Assembly: GCA_965237415.1 (NCBI GenBank)
Contig: CBDEFM010000002.1
Span: 2,720,001-2,784,000, forward strand
DNA length: 64,000 nucleotides
DNA from: Alphaproteobacteria bacterium
GTDB lineage: Bacteria; Pseudomonadota; Alphaproteobacteria; UBA828
Reading direction: 5' to 3'
Shown here: piece after piece, positions 49,812-62,348 of the stretch
Numbering within the stretch: position 1 is the stretch's first letter
How the letters are laid out: each line of letters starts with the position of its first letter
Position numbers and translations under genes: made by a program
The notes under the pieces: generated by a model
Seen by the model: only the letters and a program-made list of their open reading frames with translations
Databases searched by the model: none
Told to the model about the DNA's origin: nothing

Positions 49812-50672
49812 TCAGCCTGTCGGCTTCACCCCGGTGCCGATCCGCACATGGACCGAGAGAGGGACCTCGTCCTCCTCCCGAAGGTGCTCGAAGCCTGCCG
49901 CCACGGCCTCTTTCAAGGCGTGGCGCTTGGCCTCCCCGGCGCCATCGAGGGCACGGCCGAAGGTCATGTCGAACTGGGCCTGCCAGAAGGGGGCATCCGC
50001 CGGGACCCGGGGCGCGAAGCGGACCTCGCGCTCCTCCACATCCGTAAGCCCGCCTTCGGTCAGCGCGCTGGCAAGTGCGCCGGGAGCGCCCAGGGAAAAC
50101 GGCCGGGCAAGGTCGATCTCCTCCACCTCGTCGAGAGGGCCGAGCACGGCCTCGGCGGCAGCGACGAAGACGACGAACATGGTCGTCTCCTCGCGCGGCC
50201 CCCAGACCAGATAGGCCACCCGCCCGCCGGGCTTGAGCACGCGCAGCGCCTCGGCGGCGGCCCGCGCAGGCGCCGGGCAGAACATCAGCCCGAAGCGGCA
50301 AATCACCCGGTCGAACGCGGAGTCCGCATCGGGGAGCGCCAGCATGTCGGCGGTGCGGAAGGTGATATTGCGGAGCCCCTGGGCGGCGGCCCGGCGGCGG
50401 GCGCCCAGCACCATCTCGGGGCAGAGGTCGGTGGCGAAGACGCGGCCTTCCGCGCCGACCAGCACGGCGACGCTGAGCGCGGGCTCGCCGGCGCCCGTTG
50501 CGATGTCGCAGACCTGCTGGCCCCGTGCGATGTCGGCCGCCTCGATGAGCGGGGCGTTCATGCGGGCCGCCTGCTCGGCTATTTCGTCCGCCCGCCGGTC
50601 CCAGTGGCGCCCGCGCCCGGCCCAGTCGGCCCGCACGAGCTCGGTCTCACGCCTGATCGCGTCTGCATCCAT
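49812..50672 (-). CDS. UbiE-like class I SAM methyltransferase
   Basis: DIATGAGEP, FDRVICRFGLMF, RVLKPGG; start placed at MDADAIR. Confidence 0.88.
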   Translation of the reverse strand: MDADAIRRETELVRADWAGRGRHWDRRADEIAEQAARMNAPLIEAADIARGQQVCDIATGAGEPALSVAVLVGAEGRVFATDLCPEMVLGARRRAAAQGLRNITFRTADMLALPDADSAFDRVICRFGLMFCPAPARAAAEALRVLKPGGRVAYLVWGPREETTMFVVFVAAAEAVLGPLDEVEEIDLARPFSLGAPGALASALTEGGLTDVEEREVRFAPRVPADAPFWQAQFDMTFGRALDGAGEAKRHALKEAVAAGFEHLREEDEVPLSVHVRIGTGVKPTG

Positions 50673-50737
50673 GGCGACGCACTCTCCGCGCCCCGGTGCC
50701 CGTGTCAAGGCCGGCACGCCCGCCGGCGGCCTAGGCG

Positions 50738-52276
50738 TCAGAGCAGCTGCACGGCGAGCAGCGCTGCGAGCAGCGCGGCGATTACGACAAGCGCGAGAGG
50801 CAGCGCGCTGCCGCCCCGCCTTCGCCCGCTCATCGCCTCCAGGGTGTCGGGCGAAAGCGAGACTCCCGCCTCCAGGCCATCCAGCACCCGTTCGGCGCGC
50901 GCGGCAAGGCGCGGTAGCCGCCCGGCCGCCTCCAGAAGTTCCGCCGCCGTATCGCGCATGCGCGCCTGGACGCCGAGATTCTCCTGCGCCCAGCGCTCGA
51001 TAAGTGGCCGGGTGAAGACCCACATGTTCTGGTCCGGCGTGAGCCGGCGGGTCAGCCCTTCGGCCATCAGCATCGTCTTCTGGAGAAGCAGCAGCTGGGG
51101 CTGGGTCTCCATCTCGAAGGCCTCGGTGATCTGGAACAGCTGGCCGAGCAGTTGGGCGATGGAAATTTCGTTCAGCGGCCGGCCGAGGATCGGCTCGCCG
51201 ATGGACCGCAGCGCCTGGACGAACGCCGCCTTCGAGGTTCGGCGCGGCACGTAGCCGGCTTCGAAGTGCACCTCTGCCACGCGCTCGTAGTCGCCGATCA
51301 GGAAGCCGAGCAGCATCTCCGCCAGATAGCGCCGGGTCTGGGTGTCGAGCCGCCCCATGATCCCGAAATCGACGGCGACGACATTGCCGTCCGCATCCAC
51401 CAGCAGGTTGCCGGGATGCAGGTCGGCGTGGAAGAAGCCGTCCCGGAACGCCTGGTTGAAGAAGGCGCCTGCCGCCTTGCCGAGCACCTCGTGCGGGTCG
51501 TGGCCGGCCGCAATCAGGGCGTCGCGCTCGTCGATCGGGATGCCCTCGACGCGCTCCAGCGTGAGCACGCGGCGGCTGGTCCGCCGCCAGTCGACCGCCG
51601 GCACTAGGAAGCCTGTGTCCTCGGCGAAGTTCTGGCGCAGCTCGGAGGCGGCGGCGGCCTCGAAGCGAAGGTCCATCTCGATCATCACGCTTTGGGCAAA
51701 GGTGCGGATGACCTCGACCGGGCGGAGCCTGCGCCAGGAAGGCAGGGCGCGCTCGGCAAGCTCCGCAAGCCAGTAGAAAAGCTCCAGATCGCGCTCGAAG
51801 GCGCGCTCGACGCCGGGCCTCAGGATCTTGACCGCCACCGGCTCGCCGGTCGCGGTGACCGCGAAGTGCACCTGCGCGATGGAGGCCGCGGCGACCGGCT
51901 CGTCGGTGAACGCCCGGAAGAGCGAGTCGAGCGGCACGCCGAACTCGGACTCCACGATGGCCCGCGCGGCCTTCGCGTCGAAGGGCGGCAGGCGGTCCTG
52001 CAGTGCCGATAGCGCGGCCGCGGTCTCCTCGCCCACCAGGTCCGGCCGGGTGGAGAGCGCCTGGCCGAACTTGATGAAGCTCGGCCCCAGCACCTGGAGC
52101 GCGCCGGCGAGCCGCTGCCCAGGCGTCCCCAACCCTCGCTTCTTGGGAGCCATGCCGGCGAGGAAGGTCACCGGCGGCACGAGGCCGTGGTCGTTCAGGA
52201 GGAAGAGCGCATCCCAGCGCCCCAGGGTCCAGGCAATCCGCAGCAGCCGCCCAATATTTCTGAGCGCCCGGCGCAT
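50738..52276 (-). CDS. ubiB: Ubiquinone biosynthesis kinase-like protein
   Basis: GPSFIKFGQALSTRPD, AASIAQVH, FFHADLHPGN, DFGIMG. Confidence 0.97.
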   Translation of the reverse strand: MRRALRNIGRLLRIAWTLGRWDALFLLNDHGLVPPVTFLAGMAPKKRGLGTPGQRLAGALQVLGPSFIKFGQALSTRPDLVGEETAAALSALQDRLPPFDAKAARAIVESEFGVPLDSLFRAFTDEPVAAASIAQVHFAVTATGEPVAVKILRPGVERAFERDLELFYWLAELAERALPSWRRLRPVEVIRTFAQSVMIEMDLRFEAAAASELRQNFAEDTGFLVPAVDWRRTSRRVLTLERVEGIPIDERDALIAAGHDPHEVLGKAAGAFFNQAFRDGFFHADLHPGNLLVDADGNVVAVDFGIMGRLDTQTRRYLAEMLLGFLIGDYERVAEVHFEAGYVPRRTSKAAFVQALRSIGEPILGRPLNEISIAQLLGQLFQITEAFEMETQPQLLLLQKTMLMAEGLTRRLTPDQNMWVFTRPLIERWAQENLGVQARMRDTAAELLEAAGRLPRLAARAERVLDGLEAGVSLSPDTLEAMSGRRRGGSALPLALVVIAALLAALLAVQLL

Positions 52277-52287
52277 GATGGGTGCGT

Positions 52288-52464
52288 TAGCCCGGAATTC
52301 TCACCAATGTCATGGACAGCGCCGCCCTTCGGGTCGCACCCAGACGCCCGCCCGCGGCGTCGCGGGCCTCAACCGTAGCTCCAGCTACGCTTTTCGGCCC
52401 GCTCCTGGCGGATCGAACGTCTGGGTGCGACGCAGGCCGTGACATTGGTGAGAAATCCGGGCTA
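52288..52464. mobile_element. Miniature inverted-repeat element, copy 2 (177 bp), inside the ubiE-ubiB operon
   Basis: TA-GCCCGGAATTCTCACCAATGTCA...TGACATTGGTGAGAAATCCGGGC-TA; core near-identical to copy 1. Confidence 0.8.
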
Positions 52465-53244
52465 GATGCGCCAGCCCGAATGGAGCGTGGCGATGCCGGC
52501 CGAGAGTGGGCGCACGCGCACGCCGCCGAAGCCGGCGTCGGTCATCATGGTGGCGAGCAGCTCGGGCGGGGGAAAGCGCCGAATGCTCTCCACCAGATAG
52601 GCGTAGGCGTCGCGCTGGCCGGTCACCGCCGCGCCGATGAGCGGAATGACGGCGAAGGAATAGGCGTTGTACAGTCGCTCGATGCCGGCGGGCGGGCGGG
52701 AGCTGAACTCGAGGCAGAGGAAGCGCCCGCCGGGCCTGAGCACGCGCTTGGCCTCGGCCAGCGCGCGTTCGATCCGGGTCAGGTTGCGAATGCCGAAGGC
52801 GATCGTGCAGGCATCCACCGAGCGCGCCGGCAGCGGCAGCGCCTCCGCATCGCCCACCAGCCAGTCGATGCCACCGACGATGCCTGCGTTCCACGTGCGC
52901 TCGCGGCCCGCGTCCACCATCTGCTCGCTCGCATCGCAGACGATCACGCGGCCCTCGCCCTCCATCGCGGCCAGCACGCGCCGGGCGACGTCGCCGGTGC
53001 CGCCCGCCACATCGAGCACGGCCATGCCGGGGCGGGGTGCGAGCCACGCCACCATCTCCCGCTTCCAGAGGCGATGGATGCCGCCGCTCATCAGGTCGTT
53101 CATCAGGTCGTAGCGGCCGGCGACCCGGTCGAAGAGGTCGCGGACGAGCCCCGGCTTCTCGTGCTCGCCGACGCGGCGGAAGCCGAAGTCGGCGCCATCC
53201 GTGGCGTCGTGCTCACCGCGCGCAGAGGCCATGGCGGCGACCAT
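52462..53244 (-). CDS. ubiE: Ubiquinone/menaquinone C-methyltransferase
   Basis: YDLMNDLMSGGIHRLWK, LDVAGGTGD, AFGIRN, YLVESIRRFP. Confidence 0.97.
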   Translation of the reverse strand: MVAAMASARGEHDATDGADFGFRRVGEHEKPGLVRDLFDRVAGRYDLMNDLMSGGIHRLWKREMVAWLAPRPGMAVLDVAGGTGDVARRVLAAMEGEGRVIVCDASEQMVDAGRERTWNAGIVGGIDWLVGDAEALPLPARSVDACTIAFGIRNLTRIERALAEAKRVLRPGGRFLCLEFSSRPPAGIERLYNAYSFAVIPLIGAAVTGQRDAYAYLVESIRRFPPPELLATMMTDAGFGGVRVRPLSAGIATLHSGWRI

Positions 53245-53281
53245 AGCCCAGCGGCAAAACCCGCGCTACCGTAGCCGCAGG

Positions 53282-54106
53282 ATGCCGGAATTGCCTGAGG
53301 TCGAAACCGTGCGCCGCGGGCTTGCCGCGCGCCTCGTCGGCCGGCGCATCACCCACGTCACGGTGCGCCGCCCCGATCTCCGGCGCCCGCTCCCGCCCGA
53401 CATGGGACAAGCGCTCACGGGCCGTGCGGTGCAGGGTTTTGGACGGCGCGGCAAGTACCTGCTTGTGCACCTCGATAGTGGCAGCGTGCTCATCGTCCAT
53501 CTCGGCATGTCGGGGCGCCTCTCCATCGATGCAGCGCCGAGCGGCGGCGCGCACGAGCATGTCGTCCTGCACTTCGATGACGGCGCAGTGCTGCGCTACG
53601 ACGACCACCGGCGCTTCGGACTGATGGACCTGACGGAGGCCGCGCGGCTCGAGGAACATGAGCTGTTGCGCAGCATGGGACCCGAGCCGCTCGCGGCCGA
53701 CTTCGACGGGCTGGCGCTCGCAAAGCGGCTCTCCGGCAAGGACACGCCGATCAAGGCCGCCCTGCTCGATCAGCGCGTCATCGCAGGGCTCGGCAACATC
53801 TACGTCTGCGAGGCGCTCTTCTACGCCGGGCTGAGCCCCAGGCGCCGCGCAGGCTCGGTGCAAGGCAAGCGCGCGGACCGGCTGGCCACGGCGATCCGGG
53901 ACGTGCTGGAAGCGGCCATCGAGGCCGGCGGATCGTCGCTTCGCGACTATGTGCAGGCGTCGGGCGAGCTCGGCTACTTTCAGCACCGCTTCGCGGTCTA
54001 CGACCGGGCGGATCTGCCGTGCCCCGGGTGCGACTGCGGTGCTGCGGTGCGTCGCATCGTGCAGAGCGGGCGCTCGACATTCTATTGCGCTAAGCGCCAA
54101 CGGTGA
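53282..54106 (+). CDS. mutM: Formamidopyrimidine-DNA glycosylase
   Basis: MPELPEVET, HLGMSG, GLGNIY, C-terminal zinc finger. Confidence 0.98.
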   Translation: MPELPEVETVRRGLAARLVGRRITHVTVRRPDLRRPLPPDMGQALTGRAVQGFGRRGKYLLVHLDSGSVLIVHLGMSGRLSIDAAPSGGAHEHVVLHFDDGAVLRYDDHRRFGLMDLTEAARLEEHELLRSMGPEPLAADFDGLALAKRLSGKDTPIKAALLDQRVIAGLGNIYVCEALFYAGLSPRRRAGSVQGKRADRLATAIRDVLEAAIEAGGSSLRDYVQASGELGYFQHRFAVYDRADLPCPGCDCGAAVRRIVQSGRSTFYCAKRQR

Positions 54107-54199
54107 GTTATCAGGCGAGCCGCACGCCGCTCGCGGCGCCCGGCCGGCAGCAGCCTGCCCACCCAGAATGCGGGCCCCGGCCGCTTAAGGGAGAACACG

Positions 54200-54973
54200 A
54201 TGGCGTACGAAAACATCACCGTCGACCGGCGCGGCCGGGTCGGCCTGATCACGCTGAACCGGCCCAAGGCCCTGAACGCGCTGAATGGCGCGCTGATCGA
54301 CGAGCTCAATGCCGTGCTCGACAGCTTCGAGGCGGACGAGGAGATCGGCGCCGTCGTCATTACCGGGAACGAGAAGGCCTTTGCGGCCGGTGCCGACATC
54401 ACCGAGATGCGGTCGATGAGCTTCGTGGATGCGCACGGCAGCGACTTCATCGCCAAGTGGAATCGCATCACCGCCTTCCGCAAGCCGGTCGTCGCGGCGG
54501 TCGCGGGCTATGCGCTCGGCGGGGGCTGCGAACTCGCGATGATGTGCGATATCGCGATTGCGGCCGACAATGCGAAATTCGGCCAGCCGGAAATCAAGCT
54601 CGGCGTCATACCCGGCGCCGGCGGCACCCAGCGCCTCACCCGCGCCGTCGGCAAGTCGAAGGCGATGGAGATGGTCCTGACCGGGCGCATGATGAATGCC
54701 GGGGAGGCCGAGCGCAGCGGGCTCGTGAGCCGTGTGGTGCCGGTCGCCGACGTCGTGGACGAGGCGATCACCGTCGCCAAGCGGATCGCGCACTTCTCCG
54801 CGCCCACCGTCGCGCTCGCCAAGGCAAGCGTCAACCGCGCCTTCGAGACCACGCTGGCCGAGGGCGTGCTGTACGAGCGCGCGGTCTTCTACGCGAGTTT
54901 CGCCACCGAGGATAAGAGGGAAGGTATGGACGCCTTCATCGAGAAGCGCGAGCCGGCCTTCACCAATCGTTAG
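54200..54973 (+). CDS. Enoyl-CoA hydratase
   Basis: [28 protein letters not shown]. Confidence 0.95.
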   Translation: MAYENITVDRRGRVGLITLNRPKALNALNGALIDELNAVLDSFEADEEIGAVVITGNEKAFAAGADITEMRSMSFVDAHGSDFIAKWNRITAFRKPVVAAVAGYALGGGCELAMMCDIAIAADNAKFGQPEIKLGVIPGAGGTQRLTRAVGKSKAMEMVLTGRMMNAGEAERSGLVSRVVPVADVVDEAITVAKRIAHFSAPTVALAKASVNRAFETTLAEGVLYERAVFYASFATEDKREGMDAFIEKREPAFTNR

Positions 54974-55019
54974 GCGGCGCCGTACCCCTCGGTCGGCCCG
55001 TGCCGGGCCGATGGCACCG

Positions 55020-55047
55020 TTGACCCCGCCGGCGGGCGTGGTATAAG
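55020..55047 (+). promoter_or_regulatory. sigma70 promoter of rpsT
   Basis: TTGACC-N16-TATAAG with extended -10 TG, 30 nt upstream of the ATG. Confidence 0.6.
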
Positions 55048-55077
55048 GCCGCCCAACTTCAAGAGAGACCTCCGTCC

Positions 55078-55347
55078 ATGGCCCATTCGAGCCAAGCCCG
55101 CAAGCGGGTCCGGCAGAACAAGCGCCGCGCCGCGATCAACCGCGGGCGGCTTTCTCGTGTCCGCACCTTTGTCCGCCGCGTTGAGGAAGCAATTGCGAGC
55201 GGCGACAAGAGCCAGGCCGAGCAGGCGCTGCGCGAGGCCCAGCCGGAGATCATGCGCGGCGCGACGAAGGCGCTCTTGCATCGGCGAACCGCGGCCCGCC
55301 GGGTCTCGTCGCTCGCGCGCCGCGTGGGCGCACTCCCCGAGGGCTAG
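55078..55347 (+). CDS. rpsT: 30S ribosomal protein S20
   Basis: [13 protein letters not shown]...TAARRVSSL; upstream of dnaA. Confidence 0.95.
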   Translation: MAHSSQARKRVRQNKRRAAINRGRLSRVRTFVRRVEEAIASGDKSQAEQALREAQPEIMRGATKALLHRRTAARRVSSLARRVGALPEG

Positions 55348-55983
55348 ACCGAACCGCGGCGACTGTGCCGCTCGCGCACCGCATGGGTGCGCTCCCCGAC
55401 AGCTAGGCGCCTAACCAGCCTGTGTCGCTCACGGGCCGAGCGACTGTGCGCCCCGACAGCGACAAGCGGACCGCGCCCGGAGCGCACTCATACAATCTTG
55501 GTAAGAAGCCTTTCCCTATTTGAACTGACGGCTCGGCAGCGGCGGTCTTGCCGGGTCGATTCCGGTCGAGGCACCAACCGATTGGCAGTGCTCGTTCACT
55601 TCGCTAGCCAAGACTATGCGCAAAGTGTAATGGCCAGAATTTTCGCCGGTTCCGCTTTCATACCCGTTGCCAGCGCCGCCGCCTCAAATTAGCCTAACTG
55701 TCACATTCCGCCGGAAGGAGCCGCCGGCGGAATGCAAAGCAAAAATCACCGATGTTGACGACGGCGAGGCGAGCATTGCTTGCCCGGGAAGGGAGACCCA
55801 CCGCCGCCCCCTACAACCATGACACGATACAAGAACATAAATGGGATCAAACAGGGAGATTAGCGGAACAAACGGGTCACCACGGCGTGAGATGCCTCAT
55901 TGCGTCGTACGCATGGAGGCCGCCCGCCGCCGGGGCGGGCCGTGCTCATGCGGCTCGCACCGCCGACGGATGGGATCCCGCCC

Positions 55984-57396
55984 GTGACGGACCACGCGCC
56001 GCCGCCGGCCCGAGACGGGCAAGACGCCTGGCACAGGGTGCGCGCGCGGCTTCTCGCGGAGGTCGGCCAAGCCACCTTCGCGAGCTGGCTGGCGCCGCTC
56101 ATCCTGGTCGCTATCGACGGTGATCAGGTCACCCTCGGCGTCGGCACGCGCTTCCTCCGCGATTGGGTCGCTTCGCGCTATGCCCATCGCATCGCGGCGC
56201 TCTGGGCCGAAGAACGACACGGCGTCCAGAGCGCCCGCATCGTGATCCATGCGGGACAGCAGCAGGCAGGCGAGGGCGAGCCGCGCACGGCCGGCGAGTC
56301 GCCCACAGCCCGGCGGGGCAGCGGTAACGTTGCGCGGGCACAGGGCGGGGCGCTGGCCGATCTCGGCTCGCCGCTCAACGGCCGCTTCACCTTCCGCGAA
56401 TTCGTCGTCGGCGAGACCAACGAACTCGCCCACGCGGCGGCGCAACAGGTCGCGGGCGTCGATCACCTTCCGTTCAACCCGCTCTATCTCTACGGCGGCG
56501 TCGGCCTCGGCAAGACCCACCTCTTGCACGCGACCGCGTGGTGCATTCGCGGCCGCGAGCCGGGGCGGCGCGTCCTGTACCTCTCCGCCGAACGCTTCAT
56601 GTACCGGTTCGTCCAGGCGATCAGGCAAAAGGACACGGTGGCGTTCAAGGAAAAGTTACGCTCCGCCGACGTGCTGCTCATCGACGACATCCAGTTCATC
56701 TGCGACAAGGAAAGCACGCAGGAGGAATTTCTCCACACGCTCAACGCGCTTCTCGACCATCGTTGCCAGGTGGTGGTCTCCGGCGACCGCTCGCCCTCCC
56801 GCCTCGACGGGATGGGGGAGCGCCTCAGGTCCCGCCTCGCAGGGGGCCTCGCCGTCGACATCCTCCCCGCAAACTACGAGCTTCGCCTCGGAATTCTGCG
56901 CGAAAAGGCGGCGCCGCTGGGGATCGCCGATGCACCGCGAGAGGTGCTGGAGTTCCTGGCCCGGCAGATCTCGTCGAACGTGCGCGAGCTCGAGATGGCC
57001 CTCAATCGCATTGCCGCCCATGCCGCCCTCCTGGGAGGCGCGATAACGCTGCAAACGACCCAGTCGGTTCTGCGTGACGTTCTTGGCGTAAAGGAGCGGC
57101 GGATCACGATTGAGGAAATCCAACGGCGGGTCGCCGCGCACTACAACATCAAGCCTGCGGAGTTGTCGTCGAACCGGCGTGCACAGGTAGTGGTGCGGCC
57201 GCGCCATGTGGCGATGTACCTCGCCAAGCAGCTCACGTCGCGCTCGCTGCCGGAGATCGGCCGCAAGTTCGGCAAACGCGACCACACCACGGTCATGTAC
57301 GCGATCCGCCGCATCGAGGAATTGCGGCCCAAGGACGCGGCTCTCGACGAAGACGTGGAGTTTCTCCGGCAAAGCCTCGAAGACCCGAATCGCTGA
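55984..57396 (+). CDS. dnaA: Chromosomal replication initiator
   Basis: NPLYLYGGVGLGKTHL, LLIDDIQF, RLRSR, NVRELE, RDHTTV; start uncertain (GTG 55984 or ATG 55948). Confidence 0.96.
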   Translation: MTDHAPPPARDGQDAWHRVRARLLAEVGQATFASWLAPLILVAIDGDQVTLGVGTRFLRDWVASRYAHRIAALWAEERHGVQSARIVIHAGQQQAGEGEPRTAGESPTARRGSGNVARAQGGALADLGSPLNGRFTFREFVVGETNELAHAAAQQVAGVDHLPFNPLYLYGGVGLGKTHLLHATAWCIRGREPGRRVLYLSAERFMYRFVQAIRQKDTVAFKEKLRSADVLLIDDIQFICDKESTQEEFLHTLNALLDHRCQVVVSGDRSPSRLDGMGERLRSRLAGGLAVDILPANYELRLGILREKAAPLGIADAPREVLEFLARQISSNVRELEMALNRIAAHAALLGGAITLQTTQSVLRDVLGVKERRITIEEIQRRVAAHYNIKPAELSSNRRAQVVVRPRHVAMYLAKQLTSRSLPEIGRKFGKRDHTTVMYAIRRIEELRPKDAALDEDVEFLRQSLEDPNR

Positions 57397-57552
57397 CGGC
57401 CGGCGAATGCGAGCGGTCGGTTGCACGGTGAAGGCGTGCAGGCAAGGCGCAGCGCCTTAAGGGCTGGTTGCGCGCCGATGGGGCTGCGAAATCCGGCACT
57501 TCTCCGCTATAATGAGAGGTGAATCGACCGCGACTCAGGAGTCCGAGCGATC

Positions 57553-58680
57553 ATGAAGCTGACCATCGAACGCTCAACGCTTCTGAGCTCCCTGGCGCAT
57601 GTGCAAAGCGTTGTCGAACGCCGCAACACGATCCCTATTCTCGCCAATGTGCGCATCGATGCGCAGGGGAGCGATCGCCTGCGCCTCACCGCGACGGACA
57701 TGGACCTCGCCGTGGTCGACGAGGCCGACGCCGCCGTCGAGCAGGAAGGTGCGGTGACCACGACTGCGCTCACCCTCTACGATATCGTCCGCAAGCTGCC
57801 GGACGGTGCGCAGGTCGCGATGAATCTCGACAGCGGCGACGGCGGGCAGCTCGACGTGGTCTCCGGGCGCTCCCGCTTCCGTCTCTCCTGCCTCCCGATC
57901 GCCGAGTTCCCGATCATGGCCGACGGCGAGCTGCCCCATTCTTTCGAGTTGCCGCGGGATCATTTGCGGCGCCTGATCGACAAGACCCGGTTCGCCATCT
58001 CGACCGAGGAGACCCGCTATTATCTCAACGGCATCCACCTGCATAAGGCTGAGGACCAGGAGGGGATCGCGCGGCTGCGCGCCGTCGCCACCGACGGCCA
58101 CCGGCTCTCCTGCGCCGACGTGGCGCTGCCGGAGGGGGCAGCGGACCTGCCGAGTGTGATCGTCCCGCGCAAGACCGTCGCGGAAGTCCGCAAGCTGATC
58201 GACGACGGCGACCAGCCGGTCTCCATCGCGCTGTCCGAGACCAGAATCCGCTTCAACATCGGCGCCGCCCAGCTCACCTCGAAGCTCATCGATGGCTCGT
58301 TCCCGGACTACGAGCGGGTCATCCCGCGCGGCAACCAGAATGTGTTGACCGTGGCGAACGGTGGCTTCGCCGAGGCCGTGGATCGGGTCTCCTCGATCTC
58401 CACGGACCGCTCCCATGCGATCAAGCTCTCCATCCGCTCGGGCACGGTCACGTTGCAGGCCAACAGCCCCGACACGGGAACCGCGACCGAAGAGCTGGAC
58501 GCCGACTATGGCGCCGAGCCGCTCGATATCGGTCTCAACGCGCGCTATGTGCTTGATGTAAGTGGACAAATTGAGAGCGAGTCAATCCGTTTCTTCTTTG
58601 GCGATGCCGGCTCGCCGACGCTGGTGCGGGACACCGGCGATTCCGGCGCGCTCCACGTCATCATGCCGCTCCGCGTTTAG
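57553..58680 (+). CDS. dnaN: DNA polymerase III beta clamp
   Basis: IPILAN, ATD, ETRYYLNG, ATDGHRL, FPDY, IMPLRV. Confidence 0.98.
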   Translation: MKLTIERSTLLSSLAHVQSVVERRNTIPILANVRIDAQGSDRLRLTATDMDLAVVDEADAAVEQEGAVTTTALTLYDIVRKLPDGAQVAMNLDSGDGGQLDVVSGRSRFRLSCLPIAEFPIMADGELPHSFELPRDHLRRLIDKTRFAISTEETRYYLNGIHLHKAEDQEGIARLRAVATDGHRLSCADVALPEGAADLPSVIVPRKTVAEVRKLIDDGDQPVSIALSETRIRFNIGAAQLTSKLIDGSFPDYERVIPRGNQNVLTVANGGFAEAVDRVSSISTDRSHAIKLSIRSGTVTLQANSPDTGTATEELDADYGAEPLDIGLNARYVLDVSGQIESESIRFFFGDAGSPTLVRDTGDSGALHVIMPLRV

Positions 58681-62327
<3,647 letters not shown>

Positions 62328-62348
62328 CCAGAACTTCTAATCGGGGCT

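Noticed and set aside
55348-57552. oriC next to dnaA
   Set aside because: No cluster of DnaA boxes or clear unwinding element seen on either side of dnaA.
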